Position numbers and translations under genes: made by a program. A stretch of 24,841 nt of DNA from a virus (lineage: Duplodnaviria > Caudoviricetes), in the IMG/VR virus record IMGVR_UViG_3300020044_003143, positions 1-24,841 of that record; one strand, written 5' to 3'. The first letter of the stretch is position 1. Every line of letters begins with the position of its first letter. Of this stretch, positions 7,546 through 15,979 are shown in pieces. The notes under the pieces were generated by a model. The model was given only the letters and a program-made list of their open reading frames with translations, searched no databases and had not been told where the DNA came from.

Positions 7546-8529
7546 ATGGCTATCGTAACAGGAACCTACCAGACGTTCCAAACCAAGGGTATTAAAGAAG
7601 ATTTAGCAGATATTATCTACCGAATCACACCGACTAAAACTCCTTTCCTTTCAGCAATTCCAAAGGTAAAGGCAACTAACACTTTCCACGAATGGCAAAC
7701 TCAAGATTTGGCGGCAGTTACTGCTAACGCTCAGATCGAGGGCGATGACGTATCTTCATTTGCCTCTGTAACACCTACTACTCGTTTAGGTAACTACACG
7801 CAAATTTCGACTAAAAACGTCGTCATTTCTGGTACTAACCAAGCCGTCAAGTCAGCCGGTCGTAACAACGAGATGTCTTATCAATTAAGCATGAAATCTG
7901 CTGAGTTGAAAAGAGACATGGAAGCGGCTCTTGTGTCTGCTGCTAACGGTGTATCTGGCGCAGTTTCTAACGCTGGCAACTCAGCAACTCATGCTGGCTC
8001 TACTTCTGCTGCACGTCAGTTAAGAGGCTTAGAAGGCTGGATCGCAACTAACGTAGACTTAGGTGCCTCAGGTGTTGCACCTGTGTACACAATGGGTTCT
8101 TGGGCGGCTCCGACTGATGGTACTCAACGTGCCTTCACTGAGACTCAGCTAAAGAACGCATTGCAGTTAGCTTATGCACAAGGTGGCGAGCCAGACATGA
8201 TTATGGTCGGTCCTGGTCAAAAACAAACTTTCTCAACCTTCACAGGCGGTTCAACCCGTTTTGATAAGGCTGAAGATAAGTCTGTGACTGCGGCTGTTGA
8301 TGTTTACATCAGCGACTTTGGTACGCTACAGGTGGTTCCTAACCGTTTCCAACGTACTCGTACTGCGTTTATTTTGGAAACTGAAAAATGGGCATTGGCA
8401 ACATTGCGTTCATTTGACACTGTTGATCTGGCTAAAACAGGTGACGCAGAAAAGAAACTTATCACAGTTGAATACACACTAGAAGCACGTCAAGAGAAGG
8501 CTTCTGCTGCTGTAAAAGACTTGTCTTAA
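7546..8529 (+). CDS. Major capsid protein (SU10/DUF5309 type, HK97 fold)
   Basis: GIKEDLADIIYRITPTKTPF, HEWQTQDL, RLGNYTQI, ELKRDME, YISDFG...VVPNRF, LAKTGDAEK motifs; strongly biased codon use. Confidence 0.92.
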   Translation: MAIVTGTYQTFQTKGIKEDLADIIYRITPTKTPFLSAIPKVKATNTFHEWQTQDLAAVTANAQIEGDDVSSFASVTPTTRLGNYTQISTKNVVISGTNQAVKSAGRNNEMSYQLSMKSAELKRDMEAALVSAANGVSGAVSNAGNSATHAGSTSAARQLRGLEGWIATNVDLGASGVAPVYTMGSWAAPTDGTQRAFTETQLKNALQLAYAQGGEPDMIMVGPGQKQTFSTFTGGSTRFDKAEDKSVTAAVDVYISDFGTLQVVPNRFQRTRTAFILETEKWALATLRSFDTVDLAKTGDAEKKLITVEYTLEARQEKASAAVKDLS

Positions 8530-8538
8530 GACTCAACC

Positions 8539-8562
8539 TGAGTGGGTGTAAAAGCCCACTCA
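8539..8562 (+). terminator. Stem-loop after the capsid gene; no U-tract, so possibly a stability or attenuation element rather than an intrinsic terminator
   Basis: TGAGTGGG-tgtaaaag-CCCACTCA, a perfect 8-bp stem. Confidence 0.45.
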
Positions 8563-8564
8563 AC

Positions 8565-8584
8565 CTACTGTCGGGAGACACTAG
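8565..8584 (+). promoter_or_regulatory. GNRA mini-hairpin 5, overlapping the SD
   Basis: CTAc-TGTC-GGGA-GACA-cTAG; ATG at 8585. Confidence 0.7.
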
Positions 8585-8884
8585 ATGATTGACGATGCTA
8601 TCCAAATTCAGGCCGTAGGTGTCAGCTTAACGACATCCGGCACTTCTAACAGGGGAACTATCCCCAATACAGCAAGCGGCACTAAGCCTAACTACATTCG
8701 TATTTCTGTAACCGCAAACTGTTTCGTTAAGGTAGGAGACTCTTCTGTTGTCGCAACTAATGCTGACATTTTAATGGTCCCTGCTGATAACTTAATTCTT
8801 AAGGTGTCAGGTAATACCAACATAGCGGCTATACAGCAAGCCTCTGCCGGCATCTGCAACATTACCCCTTTGGAAGATTTGTAA
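8585..8884 (+). CDS. Small beta-rich virion-associated protein (possible capsid decoration)
   Basis: Follows the capsid gene; Thr/Ser/Val-rich; TAATG coupling to the next gene. Confidence 0.65.
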   Translation: MIDDAIQIQAVGVSLTTSGTSNRGTIPNTASGTKPNYIRISVTANCFVKVGDSSVVATNADILMVPADNLILKVSGNTNIAAIQQASAGICNITPLEDL

Positions 8885-9162
8885 TGTTGTCTCACTTAAG
8901 CGTGCAAGATGACTTGATGGTCGTCAAGACCATGCAAGACGTTCAGCCTATATTGCAGTCTGTTAAAGACAAGGTAGAAGTGGGTGATGTAGGCTCGAAG
9001 GACATGAAACATGCCGCTACTATACCGATGGTGGTTATTGAGGCTTACATGAACCGCGTCGGCTTAACCTTTCAAGAGTTCTTGCGTGATAAAGAGCATA
9101 TTAAATCAATGCTAAATGATAAGTCACTTGAGGGCTTTCGTGTCTGGAAAGGAGCTGTTTAA
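8884..9162 (+). CDS. Conserved phage hypothetical protein
   Basis: QDVQPIL...HAATIPMVVIE...LND...FRVW pattern is common next to capsid genes; TAATG overlaps. Confidence 0.75.
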   Translation: MLSHLSVQDDLMVVKTMQDVQPILQSVKDKVEVGDVGSKDMKHAATIPMVVIEAYMNRVGLTFQEFLRDKEHIKSMLNDKSLEGFRVWKGAV

Positions 9163-9770
9163 TGGCTATCGCTAACTATTCAGACTTATCAACAGCAATC
9201 GGCACATGGCTACACCGTACTGATTTAGACTCAGTTATTCCTGACTTTATCAGGCTTGCTGAAGCCAGAATGCAGCTTGATCTGGATACACGGCAATTAG
9301 ATAAAGTAACCACCCTTACCACAACATCAGGCACGAATACGCTGGCGTTACCCAGTGACTTCAATAAGGCTAGGGCGCTGTCCATGGTATCCGGTGGTGT
9401 CACCATTGTCTTAGACAACATGCCACCTGAGTTATTAGTGCAAAGATGGGGAAGTTATACCTCATCAATGCCAAGAAGTTACTCGATCAGAGGTAGTAAC
9501 TTACTGTTAGGTCCAACACCAAATGGTAACTATTCATTAACATTAGAGTATCTGGCAGCGATACCGGGCTTATCTGATACCAACACAACTAATGACATTC
9601 TCACTAATTATCCTGATGCGTACTTGCATTGTTGCTTGATCTACGCAGGCCAATACACGCGTGATAATGAAATTATAGCCGGCATGGAAAGCCTATATGG
9701 CGCTGATGTTGAGCGTATTAATCTACAAAACTGGGGGCAATCAGCCACCATGACTATGAAGCAGGGGTAA
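9162..9770 (+). CDS. Head-to-tail adaptor
   Basis: NYSDLSTAIGTWLHRTDL...IPDFIRLAEAR, LPSDF, LGPTP...Y...LEY, NDILTNYPDAYL motifs; position. Confidence 0.85.
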   Translation: MAIANYSDLSTAIGTWLHRTDLDSVIPDFIRLAEARMQLDLDTRQLDKVTTLTTTSGTNTLALPSDFNKARALSMVSGGVTIVLDNMPPELLVQRWGSYTSSMPRSYSIRGSNLLLGPTPNGNYSLTLEYLAAIPGLSDTNTTNDILTNYPDAYLHCCLIYAGQYTRDNEIIAGMESLYGADVERINLQNWGQSATMTMKQG

Positions 9771-9773
9771 ATA

Positions 9774-10643
9774 ATGGCACTCGAAACAGGTAACTACATT
9801 AATGATCTGGTCATTACCTCACCGACTTCAACTGACCCAAAGAGTCAGGGCGACGATCATTTAAGACTACTTAAGACAGTATTAAAAGAAACGCTCAATG
9901 GCTTTACTGGCGCAATTTTAGTGACTGCAACTGATACAGGTACAGCAACAGGTCATGTTTTAACGCCTAGCACAGCTCTAGTTGGCTACACGCCTATGTT
10001 ATGTTTGCTATATAAAGCAAATGTTACCAATACGGGAGCATTGACAGTTAACGTGTCTGGATTAGGTGTTAGATCAATTAAAACAATGGCTGGTGCTGAT
10101 CCTACTGCAGGTGATATTGTTGCTGGTTATCCGATGCTGTTAATGTACGACGGCACTAACTTTATTACATTATGTGGGTCTGAGTTCTTAAGCAAGACAG
10201 GAACACAAAAGTTAACAGGTAACTTTACTATTGACGGTAATGAAACTGTTACTGGCAATGGGTTAATTGGTGGAACCTTAGGCGTTACAGGGTTAACAAC
10301 AGTTGGTGGAACCTTAGGCGTTACAGGGTTAACAACACTTAATGCAGCGGTAGGATTAACACGAACTGCTGGTGATAATACGGTTAATCTTGCAACAACA
10401 TCGTTTGCAATGAACATGTTATCTCCAACATTTTCTGGTGTGCCAATTTCTACAACAGCATCCCCTGGAACTAATACAACGCAAGTTGCAACTTGTGCGT
10501 TTGTTGTAGCACAAGCATTTAACTCAGCACTGCCAGCACAAGCAGGAAACTCAGGAAAGTTTGTTACAACTGACGGAACTAATGCCAGTTGGGTATCAAT
10601 TTCTGTTCCAGATTATTTATTATTAGCACAAGGAATTATTTAA
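9774..10643 (+). CDS. Tail fibre protein (proximal/anchor)
   Basis: N-terminal MALETGNYINDL...SQGDDHLRLLK anchor; NTGALTVNVSGLG...GDIVAG...YDGTNF; TNTTQVATCAFV repeats; GKFVTTDGT. Confidence 0.85.
   Translation: MALETGNYINDLVITSPTSTDPKSQGDDHLRLLKTVLKETLNGFTGAILVTATDTGTATGHVLTPSTALVGYTPMLCLLYKANVTNTGALTVNVSGLGVRSIKTMAGADPTAGDIVAGYPMLLMYDGTNFITLCGSEFLSKTGTQKLTGNFTIDGNETVTGNGLIGGTLGVTGLTTVGGTLGVTGLTTLNAAVGLTRTAGDNTVNLATTSFAMNMLSPTFSGVPISTTASPGTNTTQVATCAFVVAQAFNSALPAQAGNSGKFVTTDGTNASWVSISVPDYLLLAQGII
10267..10337 (+). repeat. Exact 35-bp tandem duplication (period 36) in the tail fibre gene
   Basis: ttggtggaaccttaggcgttacagggttaacaaca at 10267-10301 and 10303-10337, encoding GGTLGVTGLTT twice. 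Confidence 0.95.
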
Positions 10644-10644
10644 T

Positions 10645-11046
10645 ATGTCAACAACAGCACAATATGCCTCAACTCCTGTCTTTGGAGCGGCACTACTAAC
10701 AACAGCAGATACTTCATTGACTGCACCTACAACAGTTGTAACAGTTATAACCGCTGGCGCATCTGGAACTAGGATTGATTTTATTGAGATTCAAGGCGTA
10801 GCAACTACTGTTTCAGGTATTATTAATTTGTTTATTTATGATGGTACAACCTATCATTTATGGCAACAAATACCAGTTTTACCAGTTACGACAAGCACAA
10901 CAGTTCCTGCTTTTAGTACAACAACATCAACTAATAATTCTCCTAATGTTATGCCAATGATTATCCCAACTGGATATTCACTAAGAGCAACAACAACTAT
11001 TGCACAAACTGGTGTAAAGGTAATCGCTTATGGAGGTAACTTCTAA
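10645..11046 (+). CDS. Tail-fibre-associated protein
   Basis: Thr-rich 133-aa beta protein between the fibre and the Gly-rich gene. Confidence 0.7.
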   Translation: MSTTAQYASTPVFGAALLTTADTSLTAPTTVVTVITAGASGTRIDFIEIQGVATTVSGIINLFIYDGTTYHLWQQIPVLPVTTSTTVPAFSTTTSTNNSPNVMPMIIPTGYSLRATTTIAQTGVKVIAYGGNF

Positions 11047-12065
11047 TGAATAAAGGTTCTTATGGTTATCCTTTACCACCTAATGGATTTGTTCGTGTTG
11101 CTCCTCCTGAATGGAAACAATATAAATTAATCACTACAACTACATCAACCGAAACTGTCCCTCAAAATGTATTTCAAATTGGCGTTGCTGTTTTTGGCGG
11201 TGGTGGTAGTGGTGGCACTCAGTCTGGTGGAGCAGGAGGCGGATTTGCTTTTGGTATTGTTGATGTAATACCAGGGCAATTACTGCCAACCATTACTATT
11301 GGAGCAATAGCAGGTACTTCATCATTTGGAACTTTGTTGACAGCAACTGGAGGAAGTTCGGCTTCTGGCGCAACACCTGGAACTGGAGGAGTCGGTACTG
11401 GGTCATCATTATTGCGTGGTTTTATAATAGCATCAGGCGGTAACGGTGGTACTTCGTCTAGTAGTGGTTATGCTGGCGGTGGAGCTGCTGGCTCATTTTA
11501 TGGAACAGGCGGTGCTGGTGGTGCTGCAGCAGGTAGTGCTGCTATCGCAGGAGGCGGTGGTTTAGGGGGAGGTGATGGTGCATCAGCAACAGCAACAACG
11601 TATGGAGGCGGTGGCGGTGTTGGTTTTGCTGGAACTCCTGGAGCAACAATTGGAGCAGGTGGAGGAACAGCATCTAAGGGACAGGCTGGAGCAGGTGGAG
11701 CAGGAATTGCAGGGATAGGAGCAACATCAACAACTCAAGCTACAAGCACAAATTTAATTTCACCATTTTTACAACTAATCACTAAATCATTAAATGGAGG
11801 CGGTGGTTATAGTGCTTTTAGTGGAGCAATAGGTGGTGGTGGTGGTGGGGCAAGCATTCCTGGACCAGGTGGTTTTGGTGGTGGTGGTGGTGGTGGCAGT
11901 AGTGTTGGCGGTAGTGGTGGTTTTGGTGGAGGCGGTGGCGCTTGCGCTGCTGCCGCTGGCGGTGGCGGTGGTTTTTGTGGAGGCGGTGGCTCTGGCGCTG
12001 GTGGCGTTGGCACTGGCAATGGCGGAACAGGCGCAGTAGTATTATATTGGACAGAAGGTTATTAA
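11046..12065 (+). CDS. Glycine-rich tail fibre tip/adhesin
   Basis: VFGGGGSG...GGAGGGFA, GTSSFG...ATGG, long GGGGG runs, C-terminal GGTGAVVLYW. Confidence 0.8.
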   Translation: MNKGSYGYPLPPNGFVRVAPPEWKQYKLITTTTSTETVPQNVFQIGVAVFGGGGSGGTQSGGAGGGFAFGIVDVIPGQLLPTITIGAIAGTSSFGTLLTATGGSSASGATPGTGGVGTGSSLLRGFIIASGGNGGTSSSSGYAGGGAAGSFYGTGGAGGAAAGSAAIAGGGGLGGGDGASATATTYGGGGGVGFAGTPGATIGAGGGTASKGQAGAGGAGIAGIGATSTTQATSTNLISPFLQLITKSLNGGGGYSAFSGAIGGGGGGASIPGPGGFGGGGGGGSSVGGSGGFGGGGGACAAAAGGGGGFCGGGGSGAGGVGTGNGGTGAVVLYWTEGY

Positions 12066-12066
12066 G

Positions 12067-12534
12067 ATGACTAATTACGCTAGAAATGTTAATGATGTTG
12101 CAGTTGATGTAACAACAACCGACCCAACTACCATTTACTATCCAACAGTTGCCGCTGAGTTTATTGTTGTACCAGCAGATGTTCAAGATGGTTGGATGTA
12201 CAATGAAACAACTAAGACGTGGAGTGCGCCTCCACCTCCTCCTGTTCCTCCAACACCTGTACCTGTCCCTCCAATAGTATCAGCAGTGCAATTTATGATG
12301 CTGTTTTATCCACAAGAACAGGCGTATATTCAAAGCTCAAGCGATGCTATAGTAAAAGTATTTTGGACAAGATTTAGCGATCAAAGGGTAACTGAAGTTA
12401 ATCTTGCACTTGATTCTATGAGCAAAACACTGGATTACTTATCAGCAACAAATGTAATGCCAGCTTTAACACCTCCTGCTCCTTATTTGGCGGCAGGTAG
12501 AAAAGCTCAAATTTTGACAGGTCAGGCTATATAA
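12067..12534 (+). CDS. Tail fibre assembly/chaperone-like protein
   Basis: VQDGWMYN...WSAPPPP, FMMLFYPQEQ, VNL, GRKAQIL pattern after the fibre genes. Confidence 0.65.
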   Translation: MTNYARNVNDVAVDVTTTDPTTIYYPTVAAEFIVVPADVQDGWMYNETTKTWSAPPPPPVPPTPVPVPPIVSAVQFMMLFYPQEQAYIQSSSDAIVKVFWTRFSDQRVTEVNLALDSMSKTLDYLSATNVMPALTPPAPYLAAGRKAQILTGQAI

Positions 12535-14088
12535 ATGCCTTTAGTTAAGGTAAAAGGAACTGGACAGATAGGTCTTAATCGTGACCTATCGCAAGCTGAG
12601 TTACCGATTAACGCATGGTCTGACTGCCAGAATGTAAGGTTTTTAGATGGCTATGCGTATCAGTTCTTAGGGCATGGTGAGGTTTATAACTCGCCTAGCT
12701 TTGCACCTCAGCATGTTATTCCCTGTAATGTTGCTGGCAATCGCTACTGGGTGTATGCCACAGCAGGAAAGCAGTTTGCTGTCAGTATAGTTGGTGGGGT
12801 AGCAGTACACTATGACATAACACATGTAACGGCTCGCACTGGCGTAGTGAATCAGTGGACAAGCACCTTGTTATCCGGTGTTCCTATCTTCAATGCCGGT
12901 GATACGTTGACCGTGCCTATGGCTTGGAGCCTCAACACGGCTAATAAGTTTGTAGATTTAACGAACTGGCCAGCGTCTACTTACTGTAAGTCAATCAAGG
13001 CGTTTAAGAACTACTTAATCGCTCTAAACATTACCAAAGGCTCAACCAACTATCCTTTCATGGTGAAGTGGTCACATCCTGCTGATCCCGGTGGTTTACC
13101 ATCAAGCTGGAACGAGGCTGATGCAACCAAGCAGGCTGGTGAAGCTGATCTTGCCGAGGGTTACGATCCGATCATTGACGGTATGCAGCTGCGTGACTCC
13201 TTTATGATCTATAAAGAGAATAGTTGCTGGCGTATGGACTTCATCGGTGGAAATTACATCTTTAAGTTCAGTAAAGTGCTGGGGAAGTCCGGTGCAATGA
13301 ATCGTAACTGTATCGCCGATATTGATGGCTATCATGTGGTATTGACGCAAAATGACGTAATTATTCATGACGGTAATTCTGCAACATCCATATTGGATAA
13401 AGCTACCAGACGTTCGTTATTTCAGTCTATTGATGTTGATAATTATCAGAAAGCGTTTGTTTTTGCTAATCCATTCTTTAACGAAGTCTATATATGTTAT
13501 CCGCAGATTGGTTCGAGCAGTTGTGATAAGGCGATCATCTATAACTATGTAGATAAGACCGTATCAGCCAGAGACATGCCGAATGTTAATCATGCTACCT
13601 ATGGTCCGGTTGATAATGGCTTAATCGGTAACTGGGCGCAAGACTCTGCTCCTTGGGATTCAGATTTAACCAAATGGAATGGACCAGACTTTGTGCCTAC
13701 AGCAGCAAGAGTCATCATGGGCAGCAATAACACCAAACTCTATATGTTAGATGCTTCTGCCTCATTTGATGGCGTAATACCAAATGCTTATCTTGAACGA
13801 AGAGGATTGTCATTTGATGCCTCAGAGACATTAAAGTTAATCAGAGGTATTAGGCCACGCATAGTAGGTAGCACTGGCGATACCGTATTAATACAAATAG
13901 GTAGTCAGACTGATCCGTTCCTCGAGCCTGTATGGGGTCCAGTTATGACCCATACCATAGGTAGTACGATTGCTAATGATTGCCTAGTCTCAGGCCGTTA
14001 TATTGCTATCCGTTTTATGACCGGAACTGCGTATCAGTGGAGACTGGACTCGTATGATATAGACGTAAACCCAATGGGAGGATGGTAA
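12535..14088 (+). CDS. Tail nozzle/DNA stabilisation protein (P22 gp10/T7 gp12 analogue)
   Basis: GLNRD...WSDCQNVRF, VKWSHPADP beta-propeller repeats, C-terminal SGRYIAIRF...WRL. Confidence 0.85.
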   Translation: MPLVKVKGTGQIGLNRDLSQAELPINAWSDCQNVRFLDGYAYQFLGHGEVYNSPSFAPQHVIPCNVAGNRYWVYATAGKQFAVSIVGGVAVHYDITHVTARTGVVNQWTSTLLSGVPIFNAGDTLTVPMAWSLNTANKFVDLTNWPASTYCKSIKAFKNYLIALNITKGSTNYPFMVKWSHPADPGGLPSSWNEADATKQAGEADLAEGYDPIIDGMQLRDSFMIYKENSCWRMDFIGGNYIFKFSKVLGKSGAMNRNCIADIDGYHVVLTQNDVIIHDGNSATSILDKATRRSLFQSIDVDNYQKAFVFANPFFNEVYICYPQIGSSSCDKAIIYNYVDKTVSARDMPNVNHATYGPVDNGLIGNWAQDSAPWDSDLTKWNGPDFVPTAARVIMGSNNTKLYMLDASASFDGVIPNAYLERRGLSFDASETLKLIRGIRPRIVGSTGDTVLIQIGSQTDPFLEPVWGPVMTHTIGSTIANDCLVSGRYIAIRFMTGTAYQWRLDSYDIDVNPMGGW

Positions 14089-15470
14089 TGGCTGGATTGT
14101 TACAAAGATTACAGCAGCAGAACTTTGGTCCTAATGATTCTGTTATTGCAAGTGGCCTAATGCATCCACAAGATGGATTGCTAAAAATGGGCAAATGGTT
14201 TCAAGATAACGTAAACACAGCGGCTGGTATACCGAACATAAGTAACCAAGATGAAGCAAGTATCTATGCGTACGGTCCAAGTGATGAGCAAAAAGTAGAA
14301 GCAGCTAATAACTTGGCTGGGGCAATGCAAACAGGTGCTATGCCATTTGCTCCAGAGTCATCCGGTGGCTTGCTTGGCACATTCTCTATACCGAAAAAGA
14401 ACATTACAGTTAAAGACCCTATACGAGTTGCTTACCCTGGTATTTATGATAGGCCTGATGAGATTGCACGCAGAGCAGCAGATAATGTAGCACCAGAAGA
14501 CCCTGCAATGAAAAGCTTATTTGGTGTTGACAGAAATCAGCTCTACGACATCCGGCAGACTAGAACAACAGGTAATGAAGCACCTGATATTAAAATGGCT
14601 AAAAATCCAAAAGGGTCAGCCTTAGCTCCAAGTATTATGACCTCTAAAAATACTCAGCGCATTATTGATGTTTTAGGCGAGGCAGAGAAATACCCAGGAT
14701 TACAAAAAGGAATGGATTCTTGGTATGAAATGGGACCTCTTTATGATCGACTAACGCAAATTTCAGATGATCCAGTTAGAGATTTTAAAAGATTCCAAAC
14801 ATTTACAGGAATGGCTTCACCAGGATCTGATGTGTTAACGGAAATAAACAGGGGAACTGCAGCGTTAATGAAGTCTAACCAAGGAAGGTTTGAAGATTTT
14901 GTAAAGTATGGAGGAACAGCAGGAAAAGATAGGGGTGCAAAATATCCAAAAGAAATGCTTGGCGTGATGGGGCATCCTTACCATTCAACAGCTCAAGCAA
15001 AGCCTATGCAAATGTATGAAGATAGTGGAATTATACAGATGAAATCTCCCAAGGTTCCTTTGTACATACAGTCTGCTGGGGTTCCTGAGACAGGGTTCCA
15101 AATGGATCTTCCAGTCGGTGATGCACACTGGAGTAGGGGAGTTGGGCTTGCTGACGTTAGAGATAACAAGAGTTATGCTGCAAGTATTACTATGCCTGAG
15201 CTTGCAAGTTTAGGGCCTTGGTGGAACGATAAAATTGCAAAACCACTTGGAACGAATGCGGTTAATGCACAAGCAAGAGCCTGGGGAACTTTTGCACCAG
15301 CAACTGGGGTAGATACACCGGTCGGTGCGCCAAAACTAGAATTGATTTCTCAAAAAATAATGGATGCAGCAAAAGCATATGGAATCTCTCCAGAAGAAGC
15401 AAGAGACAAACTATTATTAGGTCAGATCTATGCACCTAATATTGGGCTGCTAAATGGTCTAGGAAAATAA
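14088..15470 (+). CDS. Putative internal virion protein with DNA-glycosylase-like (HhH-GPD-related) motifs
   Basis: TAATG coupling and GGAGG SD give an MAGLL start at 14088; motifs DSWY, MASPG, SPKVPLY, VGDAHWSR, AQARAW. The ORF is secure; the function is inferred. Confidence 0.55.
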   Translation: MAGLLQRLQQQNFGPNDSVIASGLMHPQDGLLKMGKWFQDNVNTAAGIPNISNQDEASIYAYGPSDEQKVEAANNLAGAMQTGAMPFAPESSGGLLGTFSIPKKNITVKDPIRVAYPGIYDRPDEIARRAADNVAPEDPAMKSLFGVDRNQLYDIRQTRTTGNEAPDIKMAKNPKGSALAPSIMTSKNTQRIIDVLGEAEKYPGLQKGMDSWYEMGPLYDRLTQISDDPVRDFKRFQTFTGMASPGSDVLTEINRGTAALMKSNQGRFEDFVKYGGTAGKDRGAKYPKEMLGVMGHPYHSTAQAKPMQMYEDSGIIQMKSPKVPLYIQSAGVPETGFQMDLPVGDAHWSRGVGLADVRDNKSYAASITMPELASLGPWWNDKIAKPLGTNAVNAQARAWGTFAPATGVDTPVGAPKLELISQKIMDAAKAYGISPEEARDKLLLGQIYAPNIGLLNGLGK

Positions 15471-15656
15471 TATGTCCATAAGAATGTTAGCAGGTTCTTT
15501 TCCTACGTGCTTTCCATTAAATATCAAGTCTATTACATTGTTTTCTGCATCACGTACTACAGAAAACTCTGTATCTACAATAATTTCATCATCAGGTATA
15601 GCAATATTAATAAAGTATGTTTCTGCGTTGTTGCTCAAGTTAGTCACCAATTTCAT
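15459..15656 (-). CDS. Small acidic hypothetical protein convergent on the preceding gene (start ATG 15656, or GTG 15689)
   Basis: Protein-like composition (PDDEIIVDTEFSVVRDAENNVIDLIFNG); two TATAAT boxes upstream on the - strand (15658-15663, 15673-15678). Confidence 0.55.
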   Translation of the reverse strand: MKLVTNLSNNAETYFINIAIPDDEIIVDTEFSVVRDAENNVIDLIFNGKHVGKEPANILMDILFS

Positions 15657-15707
15657 GATTATACGCACTGAAATTATAGACCTTTTCACAGCTAAAGGAA
15701 GCAGATA

Positions 15708-15977
15708 ATGCAGCCAATTAATAGCAATTCCGTATTCTACGCTCCAGCACCGATACCGACTGATAGTCAGTATTTAACGCAGTACATCGCTAATGAATTA
15801 ATCGCTATACAGTCGGCTATTAATGCGCTTGCAGCAGGGCATTTGGACAAGGTCTACGCTGTTCCTGCTAAGTTGCGTGATGGTGATGTGCGTTATGCAG
15901 ACGGAACAACATGGAATCCCGGAAGCGGTGCAGGAATATACTATTACAACGGAACTATCTGGAAGTTACTAGGTTAA
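15708..15977 (+). CDS. Small tail protein (nozzle-associated)
   Basis: SD AAAGGA; YIANELIAIQ...P.K.RDGDVRYADGTTWNPGSGAGIYYY motif typical of the gene following the nozzle. Confidence 0.75.
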   Translation: MQPINSNSVFYAPAPIPTDSQYLTQYIANELIAIQSAINALAAGHLDKVYAVPAKLRDGDVRYADGTTWNPGSGAGIYYYNGTIWKLLG

Positions 15978-15979
15978 TG

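Noticed and set aside
11046-12065. Gly-rich gene as collagen-like protein or DGR target
   Set aside because: No Gly-X-Y periodicity; no reverse transcriptase or adenine-variant template/variable repeat pair seen in the window
11807-12186. Poly-Pro, poly-His and poly-Val ORFs
   Set aside because: By-products of GGT/GGC glycine codon runs in the Gly-rich fibre gene
8297-13552. Nested ORFs 8297-8482, 8692-8895, 9176-9421, 10127-10417, 13102-13368, 13367-13552
   Set aside because: Contained within well-supported structural genes; composition typical of off-frame reading
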